From Carcharhinus amblyrhynchos (Eukaryota), in assembly GCA_965287045.1 (NCBI GenBank), contig OZ336878.1, positions 51,708,001 through 51,772,000 on the forward strand: 64,000 nucleotides of DNA, written 5' to 3'. The notes beneath the pieces are model-generated. The model worked only from the letters and a program-made list of their open reading frames with translations, was not told the DNA's origin and ran no database searches. Positions 23,748-37,435 of this stretch are shown here, piece by piece. Within the stretch, counting starts at the first letter, position 1; each line of letters opens with the position of its first letter. A program made the position numbers and the translations under genes.

Positions 23748-26583
23748 TTAAATAGTGATCAGGACTGGGGAATCCTGACAAGTTTTTGTCATCGCCAGCT
23801 CAGGCAGACTGTAGCCAAATATGTCATCCTTAACAGCATAAACCAGGAATTGAACCTGAGATCTTCTGGAATACATGGCCCAGTCAAATGATAATGAGAA
23901 AATGTGTGTTCAGTTCATGTTGAAATTAAGTTCAAATCAGGGAGCAAATCTTTGGTTGTGTTTCAGAAACATAATCAAAAGAAATTTATGGTTGCCCCTG
24001 ACCCCAAACTCTCATTAAAGCTATTTCCATATATAATGTTGCGTAGTCTGTCTGGACAAATGCAAGACCTGATGTAATTCTGCTTTATGCAAGTTAAATA
24101 AATCACTCAAATTAAAGTAGCTATTTGAGGACTGCTAAAGCTCATCTGAAATGTTATTAATGAGATTGGTCAACCTTTTGGATAATAATCTTATTCAAAA
24201 GTTTCAAGTTAGGAAACTGTTGAGTTCAAGTCCAGGAGAACATTTAAGTTTATACTCCAGTAAGTTTGTACCCCAGTACGGAGTCAGAGCTTCTGACTTT
24301 CGGCAGAGGCCCTGTCTACCCTCTCAAATGGACATTAAAGATCGCGCAATGCTATTTCAAAAAAGAGCAGAATTATTCCTGGTAACTTGACCAAAATCTA
24401 TCCCTCAATCGAAACTGCAAAAACTGATTATTTGGTTACGCTTGTCTAGTTGTTTGTGGGGCTTAGTGAGAGAAAATGAGCTGTGTTTCCTGTTTCAAAA
24501 CAATGATTACACTTTTGAGGTTTTTCATTGGCTGGTAAATGATTTGAGATACCTAATGTAATTAACAGTGCTATTTAAATGCCAGTCTTTTTAACATTTT
24601 TCAGTATTCCCAGGATTTCTGGCAATTTAGGATATCTAGGTTGAAGATGCTGATTTGACTATTGTCTTGCTTTGTGACCACCATAACAAGCTTAAGCTAT
24701 TTTCTCTAACCTTTCTGCTAATAAGTTATCATTCTAATTGATATATTAGGTAAATTGTGGTGCGTGGAAAACAAAATAGCACTAAATAGCACCTCTATAG
24801 CACTTTCTGATGTTAGTAATTTCACAATTAAGTGCGCTCGCAACAACTTTTCTTTAACGTGTACAAATCAGTCGTGTCTGATCCCCAGTGATGTAGCACT
24901 CCAGCTAAGTAGGATAACAGCTACCCAAGAGATTGTTTTCATGTCCTTACCTCCTTTCCTGAAGGTGGTTAACTCATCACTGGAATACAGATGCACAGGT
25001 GCTGGCTTCCATCTGGAATTTTGTTCAGCAATTGCTTTATTCATGTGTGATTCTGTACAGAAAGTGTTGGCAGGATATTTCAAAGTATAGGGAAACATAA
25101 TTGTGTCCAATCTTGTCCTCATTTGACATTCTCATCAGGTACTGGGGAATAATCTATTCAGGCCAATTCTCTGCCTCTCCAAGCCTCCACTAATCCAGGT
25201 GTTTAGTGCCTGAACATCATCCATAGTAAATGAAAATATTTAAACAAGGATCTTTCTACACCAGATGTTGCCTTTATTTGATTATTTCTGATGCTTTCCC
25301 TTCTGAATTTTATTTAAATTTTTGAGACTGAATGCACAGGTTTCTTTAATTCCCATGGTTTGCTCGCCATCCTGAGACTTGATGCATAACGTAGTCACAT
25401 CGACTCTCAGAAGCCCACTGCCATTTCATGTTCAATTGAGCCCTTCCTTGGAAGGAAGGAAGTACTGCCTTGGAGAGCATTTGGCCAACCTCCAACCCAT
25501 CCTAGCACAGCACTGCAATGACTAAAAGAGAGACTGCAGTATTCTACCTGGTGTCAGGAAGTAGGCAGGGGTGTGGGGAGGGGGAGGTTTTGAACAGGTC
25601 GGTGCCCCAAATCTGTAGGGGCCTTCAGATTTAGGTGCACTCCCATAGCCACTCCCCCCCAGCCCCACCCCCTGCAACTTCCTGCCTGAGATGGAGAATT
25701 GTTTCTTTCTCCATTTCCCACCCTGCACTGACCTCTGCCCCCCAGCCAAAAAATACAGGCTGGGCAGGAATAGGCTCTTAAGTGACCATAAGGTTGTCAT
25801 TTAAGGTCTTAATAGGGGAAAGGATGGGTTTGTCGCTTGAGTCCCTATCCTCCCAACTGTGAAATTGCATCTGAGTTGAGACAGACCTGGGGGAAATCCT
25901 GACAATGCAATGTTATACTTCCCCTGCCTCAGAATCTGCCTGGGGTGGCAGAGGGAGCAGTGTAAAATTCTGTCTCATTGTTTTAGAGATTTAACCTCAA
26001 CATCCTAAATGCAGATTAAATTTCATATTGGGGATTTAATCCCACTGTATTATGTATTTATAAAAACAAATTTTCATAAGAACATTATCAGTACATTTGT
26101 TTTTCAAAATTCACTTTTGCCTTCCTTTTACATTTCCTGCCAAAATTGTGCATTGTTTTCACATTTTTGGAACCTTGTGGTTTGATTTGAACAAAAACAA
26201 CAGTTGAATTAGCTTTATTCCAAAAACATACAAATAACTAAGGTCTGCTGCTGTATTGAGTGGGGCAAAACCTAAAATATCTACAACTGAATGGTGTCAG
26301 TTTTCATGTGTTATTAACTGGTGGAGCAGATCCATGTTTTCTTTGAACACCTGAGTTTATCCTCTTGAAATAAATAGAATGGACACGGGGCAGTTCTAAA
26401 TGAGTGGGCAATCTACTCTGACAGTTCACCATTGCCAGTGAAGCTGAAATCTGACCCATCTCTCCACCTTTTCCCCTCACCACCTCATTTTTTAAGCCTC
26501 CCATTCTCTTATTGTCTTTGCATGTCTCCATTTATTTATTATTCTAATAGAAAATGAACAAATAGATTCCAATAGAAATAGTA

Positions 26584-27490
26584 AATTGAATTCCAGTACA
26601 ATTACGTTGCAATAACCAAGATTGTCATTCTTCATGCAGTGAAGAGGGAAAAAAATTATGGAGGCAGCTGGAAGTTCCAGATGTTGGTGACCAGTAGTAA
26701 ATCAACGGGCCTTTCAGCTCCCCAGTGTTCAGTCACAAAGCTTGCAGGAGGCAGACCTGTGCCTGAACTGTGAAAATGAGGTTTATGCAGGAGAAATGTG
26801 GTCAGCTGCATTTTCCTCATTTACCTCATTTACATTTATTCTTTCATTCTCTCAAGTCTATATCACACTCTTTAAATGCCGCTAAACATGGCACTTTACT
26901 GATTGGTACCTTTTTTTAATGCTCAGTGAGCAATGTGGTTTTATTGCCTTCATTTTGGATTAGAATAGTGGTAGAAGGAACTTTCAACATTTCTAGAGAA
27001 TGTCTACATTAGTTGCCATCTGCTTTGTTTTATTGATTACTGTTTGCTGTCATTTTTTTCATTAACCGTCTTCAGAATCTTTGGCAGTTTTCGATCCTAT
27101 TGCTATTTAATATTTGGTATGTTCCCGTTGTCATTTGTGTCTTCTTAACATTTGGACCAACCAGTTGCAAATGTGATATGTGCTTTCCAAAATGGGCACA
27201 GGCAAAGACTGGTCACAAGACCTTAGTTAGAACACATTTTTCTCCCTGGCTCCCCAAAAGCGCATCATTTTTGGGGAACTAGCTGTCTCTACATTTCTCC
27301 TACTCAAGGCTCTTTACGTAGCTCAGGCATAAGCCTAACTACTTGCTGGCCTTGAACACTGGGGAGCTGAAAAGGCCTGCTGGTAGGCTACTGGTTACCA
27401 ACAACTGGATCTTCTGTCTGATATTTCCTCTTCATTGAGGAAGAATGACAATTTTGATTATTGTAATGCATTTGTATTGAAATTCAATTA
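26584..27490. mobile_element. MITE-like element with imperfect terminal inverted repeats of about 150 bp
   Basis: 26584-26731 (...ggcctttcagctccccagtgttca) is the reverse complement of 27353-27490 (tgaacactggggagctgaaaaggcc...). Confidence 0.7.
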
Positions 27491-27855
27491 ACTATTAGTA
27501 TTAGAATTTGTTGCCTACTTTGTATTATATTTAAACTGCAATTATGATTACTTTTTGTGAGGTCGCAAAGTTTCCCTTAGGGTACATCAAAGTGCTCTGA
27601 TCATGTGAAAGGTGTGGGAAAGTTAGGCATATGCAAAGACGTTACAAAGGAAGTGTTTACATAGTTCAAAATTATGTGGAAGCAATGGGAATCAGGGATT
27701 GATTGAGAGGAATAGGCTAGAGAGGAAATAGAGGTAATGAGAATTAGAAAAGGTAAATGAAAATTAAAAACATAATTTGATCCAAAATCATTCTGAAGGA
27801 AGCTTGGACATTTTAAAGCAAGTGCTTGATTCAGAGAATGCTCATAAGGAGACTT

Positions 27856-28520
27856 GGGTGGAATTTTCAATTTTTGAACTAAGGGCCCGATTTTACCATC
27901 ACCCATTTTTGAGTGTGAAAACTTGGTAAAGTTGGGCATGAAGTGAGTGGCACGATGAGTGCCTGCCTCCCCCTTTACTAAGGCTCGGAAATGGCCATGG
28001 TCGGGACCATGCTCGAACGGACATGAGGCCATTTAAATACATTTGTGTGTATTTAAATTGATTTAATGGGCTGCACGCCCAACCTTACCAGCACTTCATC
28101 CTTTACCACCGCATTCGCCCATTCAAAATTGGCGCAAAAAAGACCTGCTCCATTAAAGTCCGATCCAGGCGCTCCAGTTAGTGAGGAGGTAGTTACCTAG
28201 CGTCCAACGGCTCTCTGCTTGAGATTGGTGGGTAGGGGGGGTATCCGCTGCCACTCTGCCTGAGATCAGTGAGGGGGATGGTGGGGGGGGGGGGCCACAG
28301 CCAGTCTGCCTGAGATCAGTGGCAGGGAAGGGGGGGTCTGCTGCCACTCTGCCTGAGATCAGTGGGGTGGGGGTGGGGGGGGCACAATTAGTCTGGGTGA
28401 TGGGGGTTGAGGAGATAAGAGGGTCAGTAATGTTGGGGAGGTGGAGCAATGTCTTTCAGGGCCAGGGGAGGCATTATCCTGTCTGGGAGTGATGTGGTGC
28501 GGGAGCAGCATGGAACAGAG
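27856..28520. mobile_element. Non-autonomous DNA transposon fragment (gggtggaattttc-type end) with internal tandem ctgcctgagatcagtg repeats
   Basis: End motif shared with the 30487 and 56931 elements; internal short repeats at 28215-28370. Confidence 0.5.
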
Positions 28521-29436
28521 GTAAATTGTACCTACTAGATTTTTGGTCTATTAAAGTTAATGTACTAAAGTCATTGGGATATATATTACCTACCCCTGTA
28601 GGCAGGGTTTTGATAGCTCCATCACCTTTCCACCCATACCTACTAACGCTATCAACCTTACATGATTTAGGTTCTTACTGTGAACAAGCCAAATAGCTCA
28701 CCATAGCGAATAACTCATCTGGATTAACCTTCCGAATCTCCTTTGTAATCTTGAAAAATTCAATTTTCAGCTCATTTCAAAATCTTGTCAAAGAAGCCAA
28801 GGCTAAGTACTTTATCTTTTTGTTAACACAGAATCCTGTTGCCTATACTCACCTTGCCTGCTTATCTCTGAGCAATAATGATATTCCTATGATGTGCGAT
28901 CAGAACAGTACTTCATATGAAGACTCACATTCTATGATTCAAATACCCATTGCTTGTAATGTAGAATACAACTTAACTGTTTTACACATTTCCCTTGCTA
29001 AGACAAACTTATATTTAATTTGTACTTGTTGCTGCAGGCAAGTACTGGGCCAATGGTTTAAGGGAATGGTCTTGATAAATATTATTCATTGTGATACATT
29101 ATAAAATTCTCATCAGTAAGTTCAAATCCCCTAGTGTCTCACATCTCCATCTTGGTAACCTTCTCCATTCCTTCTACCCTCAAAGACCTCTGTGTTCCTT
29201 GAAATCTGACCTCTTTTGCATTCACCATTCCTTCCATCATTAGCGACAATGTCTTCGACGGTCCAGGTTTGAAGCTCCAAAATTCCCTCCCTATGTTTCT
29301 TAACTTTTACTTCTTGGACGACAGAGTGGAGAAATAATTCCTGTTACAATATAACTACATTGCATATAGGCCATTCCATTGATGCCTGCCTTCTGATTGT
29401 GAGCATATCAGTAAGGCTGTGTCCTAGTAAAATGGA

Positions 29437-29742
29437 GGGTGGCACAGTGGTTAGCACTGCTGCCTCACAGTGCCAAGGACCAAAGATTCAACTCCAACAT
29501 TGGATGACTGTGTGGAAATTGCACATTCGCACCGTGTCTGTGTGGTTTCCTCTGCATGCTTTGATTTCCTCCCATAGTCCAAAGATGTGTAGGTTTGGTT
29601 GATTCTAAATTGTCCCTTAATGTCAGGGGGGATTAGCAGGGTAAATATGTGAGGTTACGGGGATAAGGCCTGGGTGAGATTGTTGCTGGTGCAGGCTTGT
29701 TGGACTGAATGGCTTCCTTCTGCACTGTATGGATTCTATGAC
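29437..29742 (+). mobile_element. HE1-like SINE
   Basis: ggtggcacagtggttagcactgctgcctcacag head; gcactgtatggattctatga tail. Confidence 0.85.
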
Positions 29743-30486
29743 TTTTGAAACCTACCTCTTTAATCAGAGTTTAATCACCCCTCCCAAAATATCCTTTTTC
29801 AGCTCAGTATTCATTTTTTTCTAGATATACAACTGCCACCTCCCCAGGACAATTTTCTTTCTATGTTAAATGTGTTTTATAAATGGTTGTTGCACCAATT
29901 GTCTCTGTCCTATTTAACTCAGCTTTTTAATGGATTCAGTTGTTCCTCTAGTGAGAAAGCATGGGACAAGGATTATGATTTGCTGCAAGCAAAACTTTTT
30001 TACCCTTCTCTCTTCTGCCCTGAAGGCAGACAGGGGTACACATTCACAATGGTAAAGAACCATAGGTGTCAGTAACCATCTCTGGCCATTCTTCATATGT
30101 AATTCTTAGCGGATATTAGCAAGCTATCATAGACAAGGACTGCCCAAAGTATGGATTTTTTCAAACATTAAATTATGAACAGGGAATGGAGATTAAGGCT
30201 AACCTTTCTCCTTGTCCAAAAACCCTAAAGCCAATTCTAACAAATCATTATCATAAAATGTTACAGCATAGGAACAGGTCATTCAGCTTATCTGAGCCAA
30301 TGGGTTTTTTGCCCCCCATATAAGCCACTTAGTTCAGTCCTATGCTCCTGTTCACTCCCCATACCCTTTAATACTTATAATCTGCATATGGCTAATTCAT
30401 TTTTAAAGAAATTTACGGACTCTACTTAAGCAAGATCTACGGTGGAGAAGTCCTCTTTCTAACCAGTCTGCTGGTGAAGAAAGTGG

Positions 30487-31403
30487 GGGCAATTTTACCA
30501 CAGTGTGAAAACAGGAGAATTTCAGAGCTGTATTTTGGGTGAGTTTAAATAGTCTATCTTCTGCATGAGAAAAACAGCAGAAACAGTTTCTCATCTGTAG
30601 AGGCAAGGGGCAAGGCTTAAGTCGCCCAAAAGCTGGCTGAGAGCAACAGAGGGCACCATTAGGCATGTGCAGGTCTCTAGCAACAGACACCTGTCACTCA
30701 GCCTCTGCCTCTTTCAGCCAGCCTCTCTGCCTAAACAAAGCAACGCCCCAGCTATCGTGTGGGCTCGTGGCCTATTGCGACCACCACCACCCCCCCCGCC
30801 CCCAACCAGTCTGGACCAATTGACCCTGCAACCCCTCTACCCACCCAGCCTGACCTTCCCTCCCTGCTTCCTTTCCTCCACGATTGGCTGGCTGCCCAAC
30901 CCAACACCCCACCCCCCACCCGCCAATTGCTGGCCTGATGTCCCCATCATCCCCCTCCCTCCCCTGCACCGATCCCTGATGCAGAATGTGCAGCGATTCC
31001 CCATCTCTCTCCCCCTACCAATGTACAGCATTCCCCCGCTTCCACCAATAACCAGGCAGTTCCTGGTCAGGCCCTGCCTCCTGGTCACACTCCCCTTGGA
31101 ACTGACTAAGTCCACCTTGTCCTTGACCTTCCTGGGGGACCTCAATGGCCTCCAGTTCTACTGGCGAGGCCATCATGACTGGTCCCAGGCTTGTTGAATC
31201 TATGCAAAATAACATTTAAATATATTTAAATAAATTATTCAGCCTCTCGCCCATTTCCGGCACGAGGCTGATTGTGCTGGATATCCGATGCTGGTAAGAT
31301 CGCGAGAGGTGAAAAATTAGGCATGAACTTGATTTTCTGTCTCTCGTGATCTTTCCGGCTTGTACAGCCCATCGGCTGACCGGATGCAATGGTAAGATTG
31401 CCC
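30487..31403. mobile_element. Non-autonomous DNA transposon (Harbinger-like ends)
   Basis: TIRs gggcaattttacca ... tggtaagattgccc; the internal proline-rich ORFs are compositional. Confidence 0.65.
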
Positions 31404-31559
31404 TGTTTTCTCTAGTTCCTTACATAGATTTGGGATTGAACCAGTGCCTTTCCAGGCCGGTATGATTCAGCAACATAAGAGTTAATTTGCTCCCTCAGAC
31501 TTTGGAGAAGTTCACATTTTAAGCATAGCATTCATCAGGTTATGAGGTTACAAAAAAAT

Positions 31560-33328
31560 TCTACTAATCATGTCACTAGTGTTAATGCAGCAGTAAAATA
31601 CACCAAGGATACAATGCAGGGATGTATTTGAAATTCTTCATACAAAACAGTTTAAAAAAAAAACATTTGTGCAAAAACATTTGTGGAGAAATAAGTCCTG
31701 TTACAATAATAACCACATTGAGTATGAGCCATTCCATTGATATCTGCTTTCTGGTCACAAACATATCAATAAGGCTGTGTCCTAGTAAAATATACATACA
31801 ACAAATATTCAAAATTAAAACAAGAATAAAGCACACCTCATCACAAATTATTTGTAGGAAGTGGTTTTGAAAATGAAAACATCTGCCAGAAGGACAAATG
31901 GAACTGCGAGTTGGAATTGCTAGTCTAGTCATGTTTCCATTCTAAAAAAAAATTATACATCCTTAGTGGCTGCGTGAATGGCAGCTCACTTACTCAAGCA
32001 ACATAAAAAAAGTGTCCAGTTCTTCATAATGGAACAAGTCGATGTTCATCTGGATCATGCTTTTAGCCAGATGTTTAGATACGTGAGATTAAGGACAAAT
32101 TTCCCTCAACGTGTTTTATGAAAGGCTGCAATATTCTCTCACATTGTACTATCTGAAGGAAAGCACTCACAATCCCTCTACTCCCTCGGTTCATTCAGCA
32201 AGTCTAACTGCTCAACACAAAGATATCTCCCCGATAAGAAAAGTTGATTGTCATCTCAAAGCTTGCATTTTGGACCAATTTATATTAAATAGTTGCATAG
32301 CAACAAATATAAGTGAAATTTAAACTTGCTATTTATATAAATTTAAAATTCTAATTTAAAATGCATCTTAAACTAGATATATGTTACACTCGTAATCCTT
32401 TACCATGTTACCATTTTTTTTAAACCAGAACCTGTGCATTTCTTAAGAGTCCAATTTTTGGTAAAAGAAAGCTTAAACAACTGTGCAGTTCAGAGTCCTG
32501 CTTCCAAAAGGAATTATTGTTGTAAGCGTTGACTTCAAAGAAAGTCTGCACAATTTTATTTGTTCTTGCACTTCGTTAGAAATTTAGGCTTTCCCATGAA
32601 ATATCACCTGTTGCAGGGATGTAACTTCTTTCACCAAACCACATACATTAATCACTTATGGTTATGTGATGATTCTTCTTGTGGAACAACAAATATCTGA
32701 AAAAGATCATTAATTTAAAAAAAATCAGTATAGTTCTCTCAATGATCTAATGGGAAAAGGCACTATCCAGTATTTAAAGACTTGAAGCTTCTTTACTATT
32801 CTCATCCAGGCCTAAAGCTGGGACACTACAACTGCGCTCAGCTCAGCAAGAGAGGAAACAAATAGTAATTGTGGTACTTGCTCTGATCACCATTCAGTGT
32901 TTGTTTGAGTGTGTATGTGCGTGCATGCGTGTGAACATCACTTGAGGACATATACCACAGTGTGATGATCTCCTCAATTGTCAAACAGCACACTGACACA
33001 GGGCACAGGCATACCCATGATGAGTGGCCACTTAAAAGAGCCACTGGAAGGCTGTTGGTATCTGTGATGCACAGCCCCAAAAAAAATTAGCACCTTTGGG
33101 ATAAGGAGGCAGAAAAATAAGGGGAAAAAATTGCTTGCTGCAATGGCGCAGAAACCCATTCACAGTTTGGTCGGGATCAGGATTGTAGGTGGCTGACAGA
33201 TTGGATCAAAGCTTCACTTATGTGATGTCGTGTATATAAGTCTTCTTTTCATTCCCTATTTTCTTTCTAAAATTAGATTATACTCAATTATAAAAATTGT
33301 TTAAACAAGTTCTAAGAATATATATATA
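31560..33328 (-). other. ROR1: Probable ROR1 3' UTR; candidate AATAAA at 32555-32560 (minus strand)
   Basis: Repeat-free, AT-rich sequence downstream of the stop codon; the end position is uncertain. Confidence 0.45.
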
Positions 33329-34753
33329 TTACAATTCTGCTCTAATAACAGATTCATTTGCCAACTGGCCATCACTGTCCCCCAGTAGTGTTGTCTGTAT
33401 TGGATCAAGTTGCATTGTTTTATGGGACAGATGTGCAAAGATTGGCACGCTAGTTCCACTAGGATGACTTGACATGGATAGATGATGAGATAGCAATGGA
33501 GTGTTTGCATCATGATTTGATCCGGAGGAAGGTAAGCTTGTCACATGACCAGTGCTTGTTGATCCACTCCCGCTACTGGGTGACCGGCTCTTTGGTGGTG
33601 GACCATGTGGAATCATTCTTGGTGGCCCTTGTTGATAATGGGTAGCTGGGTAGGCAGCATACCCTGCAGGTACAGGATAACTGTTAACTTGGATGAATCT
33701 CTGATGCTGGGCTATTGATGGACCAATTATGCCTCCGATTTGGGCCTGGGGTAGGCCCTGTGCTTGATATATGTGTATAGGATACCTTGGGTTACTGAGA
33801 TTACTAACCGGACTTGCACTAAGAGATGTCGTCTGGGTTGTGGCATTCCCTCCAGATGGCGTTGTAGAACTGGTATGACTTGATAGCCCTTCCCAGGACC
33901 TCAGCCTAACATGAATATCCTTAAATCGTGGTCTTCTGGCTGGAATATCATGCCAGGTTTCCGTCATTAGATCATACATTCTAGGAGGGCAATCTTCTGG
34001 GCATGGGAGTAACTGCCTCTTCCGTATCATTTCTATTACTTCTTGATTAGAAAATCCGTAATATGGTTGCAGTCCAAAACTAAAAATCTCCCATAAAACC
34101 ACTCCGAAAGACCAAATATCTGAGTCACTGGAAAACTTTCCAAACAGTATCGCTTCAGGAGGCATCCAGCGAATTGGGAGGAGAGACTTATTTTGCACCC
34201 TGTAATAATCAGCTGCATAGATCTCTCTTGAAAGACCAAGATCAGATATCTTCACTCTCAGTTGTTCTCCAATAATAATGTTTCGTGCTGCCAGGTCTTT
34301 GTGAACAAAAAAATGGCTTGATAGGTATTCCATTCCTGCTGCTATCTGTATGGAGATGTGCAAAAAGTCTGCGTGGTCCAGGCTAGATTTGACAGTTCCA
34401 TCTTCATCACTACTGCATCCGACGTCGGAATGGGGTGATCTCATGATGAGAAATTCATGAAGATCACCATGGTTCATGTACTCAAAGAGCATGCACACTG
34501 GCTGTTCCTGTGTCACCACCCCAAGGAGGCAAACCACATTGGGATGGTGCAGCTCTGACATCAGAGATGCCTCCTGCTGGAACTCTGCCCACAGCTGGGG
34601 GTTACTGAAGTCCTTCAGGGTTTTTATAGCAACGAGTTGGGCATGATCCATCCCTGGTAGGTAAAGATGACCTTTGTAGATTTTTCCAAAGGCACATTCT
34701 CCTAATTCTTCCATAAAACGAACAGCAGAAAGAGGCAGCTCCTTAGCTTTACA
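33329..34753 (-). CDS. ROR1: ROR1 last coding exon: tyrosine pseudokinase domain plus S/T-rich and P-rich tail
   Basis: CKAKELPLSAVRFMEELGECAFGKIYKG, HKDLAARN, DLG, YAADYY, ending in IRAEL*; acceptor ttcagcag. Confidence 0.97.
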   Translation of the reverse strand, partial: CKAKELPLSAVRFMEELGECAFGKIYKGHLYLPGMDHAQLVAIKTLKDFSNPQLWAEFQQEASLMSELHHPNVVCLLGVVTQEQPVCMLFEYMNHGDLHEFLIMRSPHSDVGCSSDEDGTVKSSLDHADFLHISIQIAAGMEYLSSHFFVHKDLAARNIIIGEQLRVKISDLGLSREIYAADYYRVQNKSLLPIRWMPPEAILFGKFSSDSDIWSFGVVLWEIFSFGLQPYYGFSNQEVIEMIRKRQLLPCPEDCPPRMYDLMTETWHDIPARRPRFKDIHVRLRSWEGLSSHTSSTTPSGGNATTQTTSLSASPVSNLSNPRYPIHIYQAQGLPQAQIGGIIGPSIAQHQRFIQVNSYPVPAGYAAYPATHYQQGPPRMIPHGPPPKSRSPSSGSGSTSTGHVTSLPSSGSNHDANTPLLSHHLSMSSHPSGTSVPIFAHLSHKTMQLDPIQTTLLGDSDGQLANESVIRAEL

Positions 34754-37435
34754 CTGCTGAATGAAAGAAAAACAGAACTTTTAAATTATGGGGTCATGAA
34801 GTAAAATATAATTTGAAATAAAATATATGAATCATTCCATTGATATAACGATATTATGATTTTTAAAAAATTCTCATGTATTGTGGTAAATTACTTAATG
34901 AGCAATTTGTTTCAAAGTATGCATACAGCTATAAAAAATGAGAAATTTCACCTTAAATAATATTAAAGTTTGCAACAAATATCTCCCCATCATGCTCTAA
35001 TTGTCTCCCTTCCTTTCCCATTCATTTTGGATACAGCTGCACTGATATCTTGCCAAGTAGCCATTTGTAAATCCGAACAGATTGTGTCACCACGATATTG
35101 CATTGCAGAGCCTAAACCTGCCCTCCGCTGATGCCTATGGTAACATCTGCAAACAGAGTCACTGAATAGCAGTCAAAAGTTGGAAAACTTGCTTCAATTT
35201 TCCTTTCCCTGGAGCAGAGGCCCCAAGACAACCCCAGATAAAGATCAGCTGCCTCAGCAGAGGCTGCTGGCCTCCAAAGGCCTTGCTAGTCTGTATAACA
35301 CGATTTAACAACAAGTAATATCTATATCTACTGAGCCATCAAAGGAGGCTGCAATGACTATAACTTTAAACATGAGGTTAAAAGAAAAACAAACCCACAT
35401 TATTCCATCCTTGACAGCTCAGCCATCAAGAATTGTTGTGTTTGTTAAAACAAAAATTCTGATTTATGTTGAAAACTTCGGAAGTTACATTTTCTCATCT
35501 CAGGAAAAGGACATGAACAGCACACAATTTTCCATTCATTTAAATAAACAGAAGGAAAATTGAAGACAATTTCCTGATCTGCACTCTTGGCAGGTTAAGA
35601 CGCTCTGCCAGGAGTGTGCAGTTGGAAATTTACCCTTATGAAGCTGACGTTTTACTCAGGAATGCCATACCATCAGGAAAAAAAAGCAAGCACAGGCGTT
35701 AACCTCTCTTGTGACTGTGTGCCGGTTTTTCCAAAATAGTCCACATAAAACTAACTTGTAATAGATTATTTTTGTTAAAATGAAAAACACATTCTGTGCT
35801 TCTTACAGCACCTCATAATTCAGGATCTTGCTTTAGAATACACTGCATACTCTACTACTTAATAAACACCATTAAAATCCTTCCAAAGCTGCAGCAGATT
35901 TGAAAAACTAACCCATGCATTGCATGGCGATGGCAGGAAATAAAGTTTCATTATAAATGCACAGATGGTCTGTATTAAGAGCAAATCCTCAAGGGCAAGG
36001 TTGTTTTAAGCTGACATACACTATATTATATACCGAGTAATAAAAGAAAATTGACCTCTGCATGACTCTTGGTGGATTTTATTTTTGTCTCTTCGCACCA
36101 ATACTGGATGACTATCAAAAGAGAAAAGAGGAGCCATAACTTTGGAGATTCAGGACAGCTTACAACACGACAGGAGGCTATAAATCTGCTTGTTTTTGTT
36201 TGACAGACTGGTCTTGTACCCAGCCGATCAAACTGTACAGCAAATGTAAGATACACGCTCGGTTCCCAGCCAAGATAAACTGAACCCAGTGGAAGAAAAA
36301 CAACTGACTCCAGACAGGCCAAATTTCCGCATTTTCTTTCCCTCTTTCTGAAAAAAACACTTATGTTAAGTACCAGGCGAGTCTGGGTTTCATTTACCAT
36401 CTTTCAAAAAAAGAAACAATTAAAGAGATCATACTCTTTTTTTGTTCCATGGACCTTCCTAAATTGTCTTTTTAAAATATTGAAATATAAAATTTGTTCC
36501 CGTGCATGGCTGCAATTAATGAAAGAAAATCTCTTCTCCTCTCTTACCTAACACAGACAAAATAATACTTCTGAACAGCTAATCCTGAGTCCTGTAGGTG
36601 AGTGCATGAAGTGGCATAAATCTGAAACCAAAAGACCAGGAAGGAGCTTAGACTTCACTCACAGTGTGTGCGCTGAGTTAGCTGATTTCAGCTGCAGCAA
36701 CTGTCAGAAGATACAATTACCTTCTGAACTTTACAGCGAGACAGAGGCAGGGGGATGGTGGGGAGTGGGAGCAAAAATCAGTCCAAATGACTGTTCATGA
36801 TTCAGTTATTTCTACTGGAAAGCATCCTAGTACTAGGTGAGCAGAGGTTCAGGCTTAGCTTGTTGATATGCCTTTGCGTTTCTATTGACTGTTAACGTGA
36901 GGTTTGAGTGAGATAGCAGCGGTGCCAAGGAACCATTTCCTAGTACGATTCCAGCCTTTAGGGGAAAGAGTAGAAAAAAGTCCCAAACAAATTACAGATC
37001 AATCTCATTCCAACATTTTAAGAGTTAATTAACATTATGGAGGAGGGTTTAACGGTAACAGTCTCCAATAATAAAACAAAGACAAGTTTTGACAAGCCAC
37101 GGGTTTATAACCAAGGTCAATATTAGATAGACTAGATACAGCTAATGTCGGAATGTGTTTTTTTTTATGGTTCAAGGATAACTTGAGCTTCCTCTCTCCC
37201 AGGTTTACCTTTCTCCCCTCTCTGGCCACAGTCGGGTGATCGGAAAACAGGGCAGGCTGGTGGTTCTCAACAACAACCGCACCCTCCCATGCCAGGTCTC
37301 TTGGTGGCTCCACTTTGATCAAAAAGACGAGGAAGGTCTCAACCTCAGTTCTAATGGGTAGTATGCTGACCACAACTGGAAACATACCAATAAGGACTCA
37401 TGAGCTTGGAGGAGAAGTTGCCAAAAGCCTGCCTA

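Noticed and set aside
30667-31197. 176-aa proline-rich ORF
   Set aside because: Lies in a C-rich non-autonomous transposon interior; compositional artefact.
34270-34310. Non-canonical kinase motifs (HKD, DLG, GECAFG) as a sign of pseudogenisation
   Set aside because: These are the normal conserved features of the ROR1 pseudokinase.
37200-37430. GRLVV / GWWFS overlapping frames reminiscent of hepadnavirus P and S
   Set aside because: Only four residues match, the WW follows automatically from the codons, and the flanking motifs are absent.
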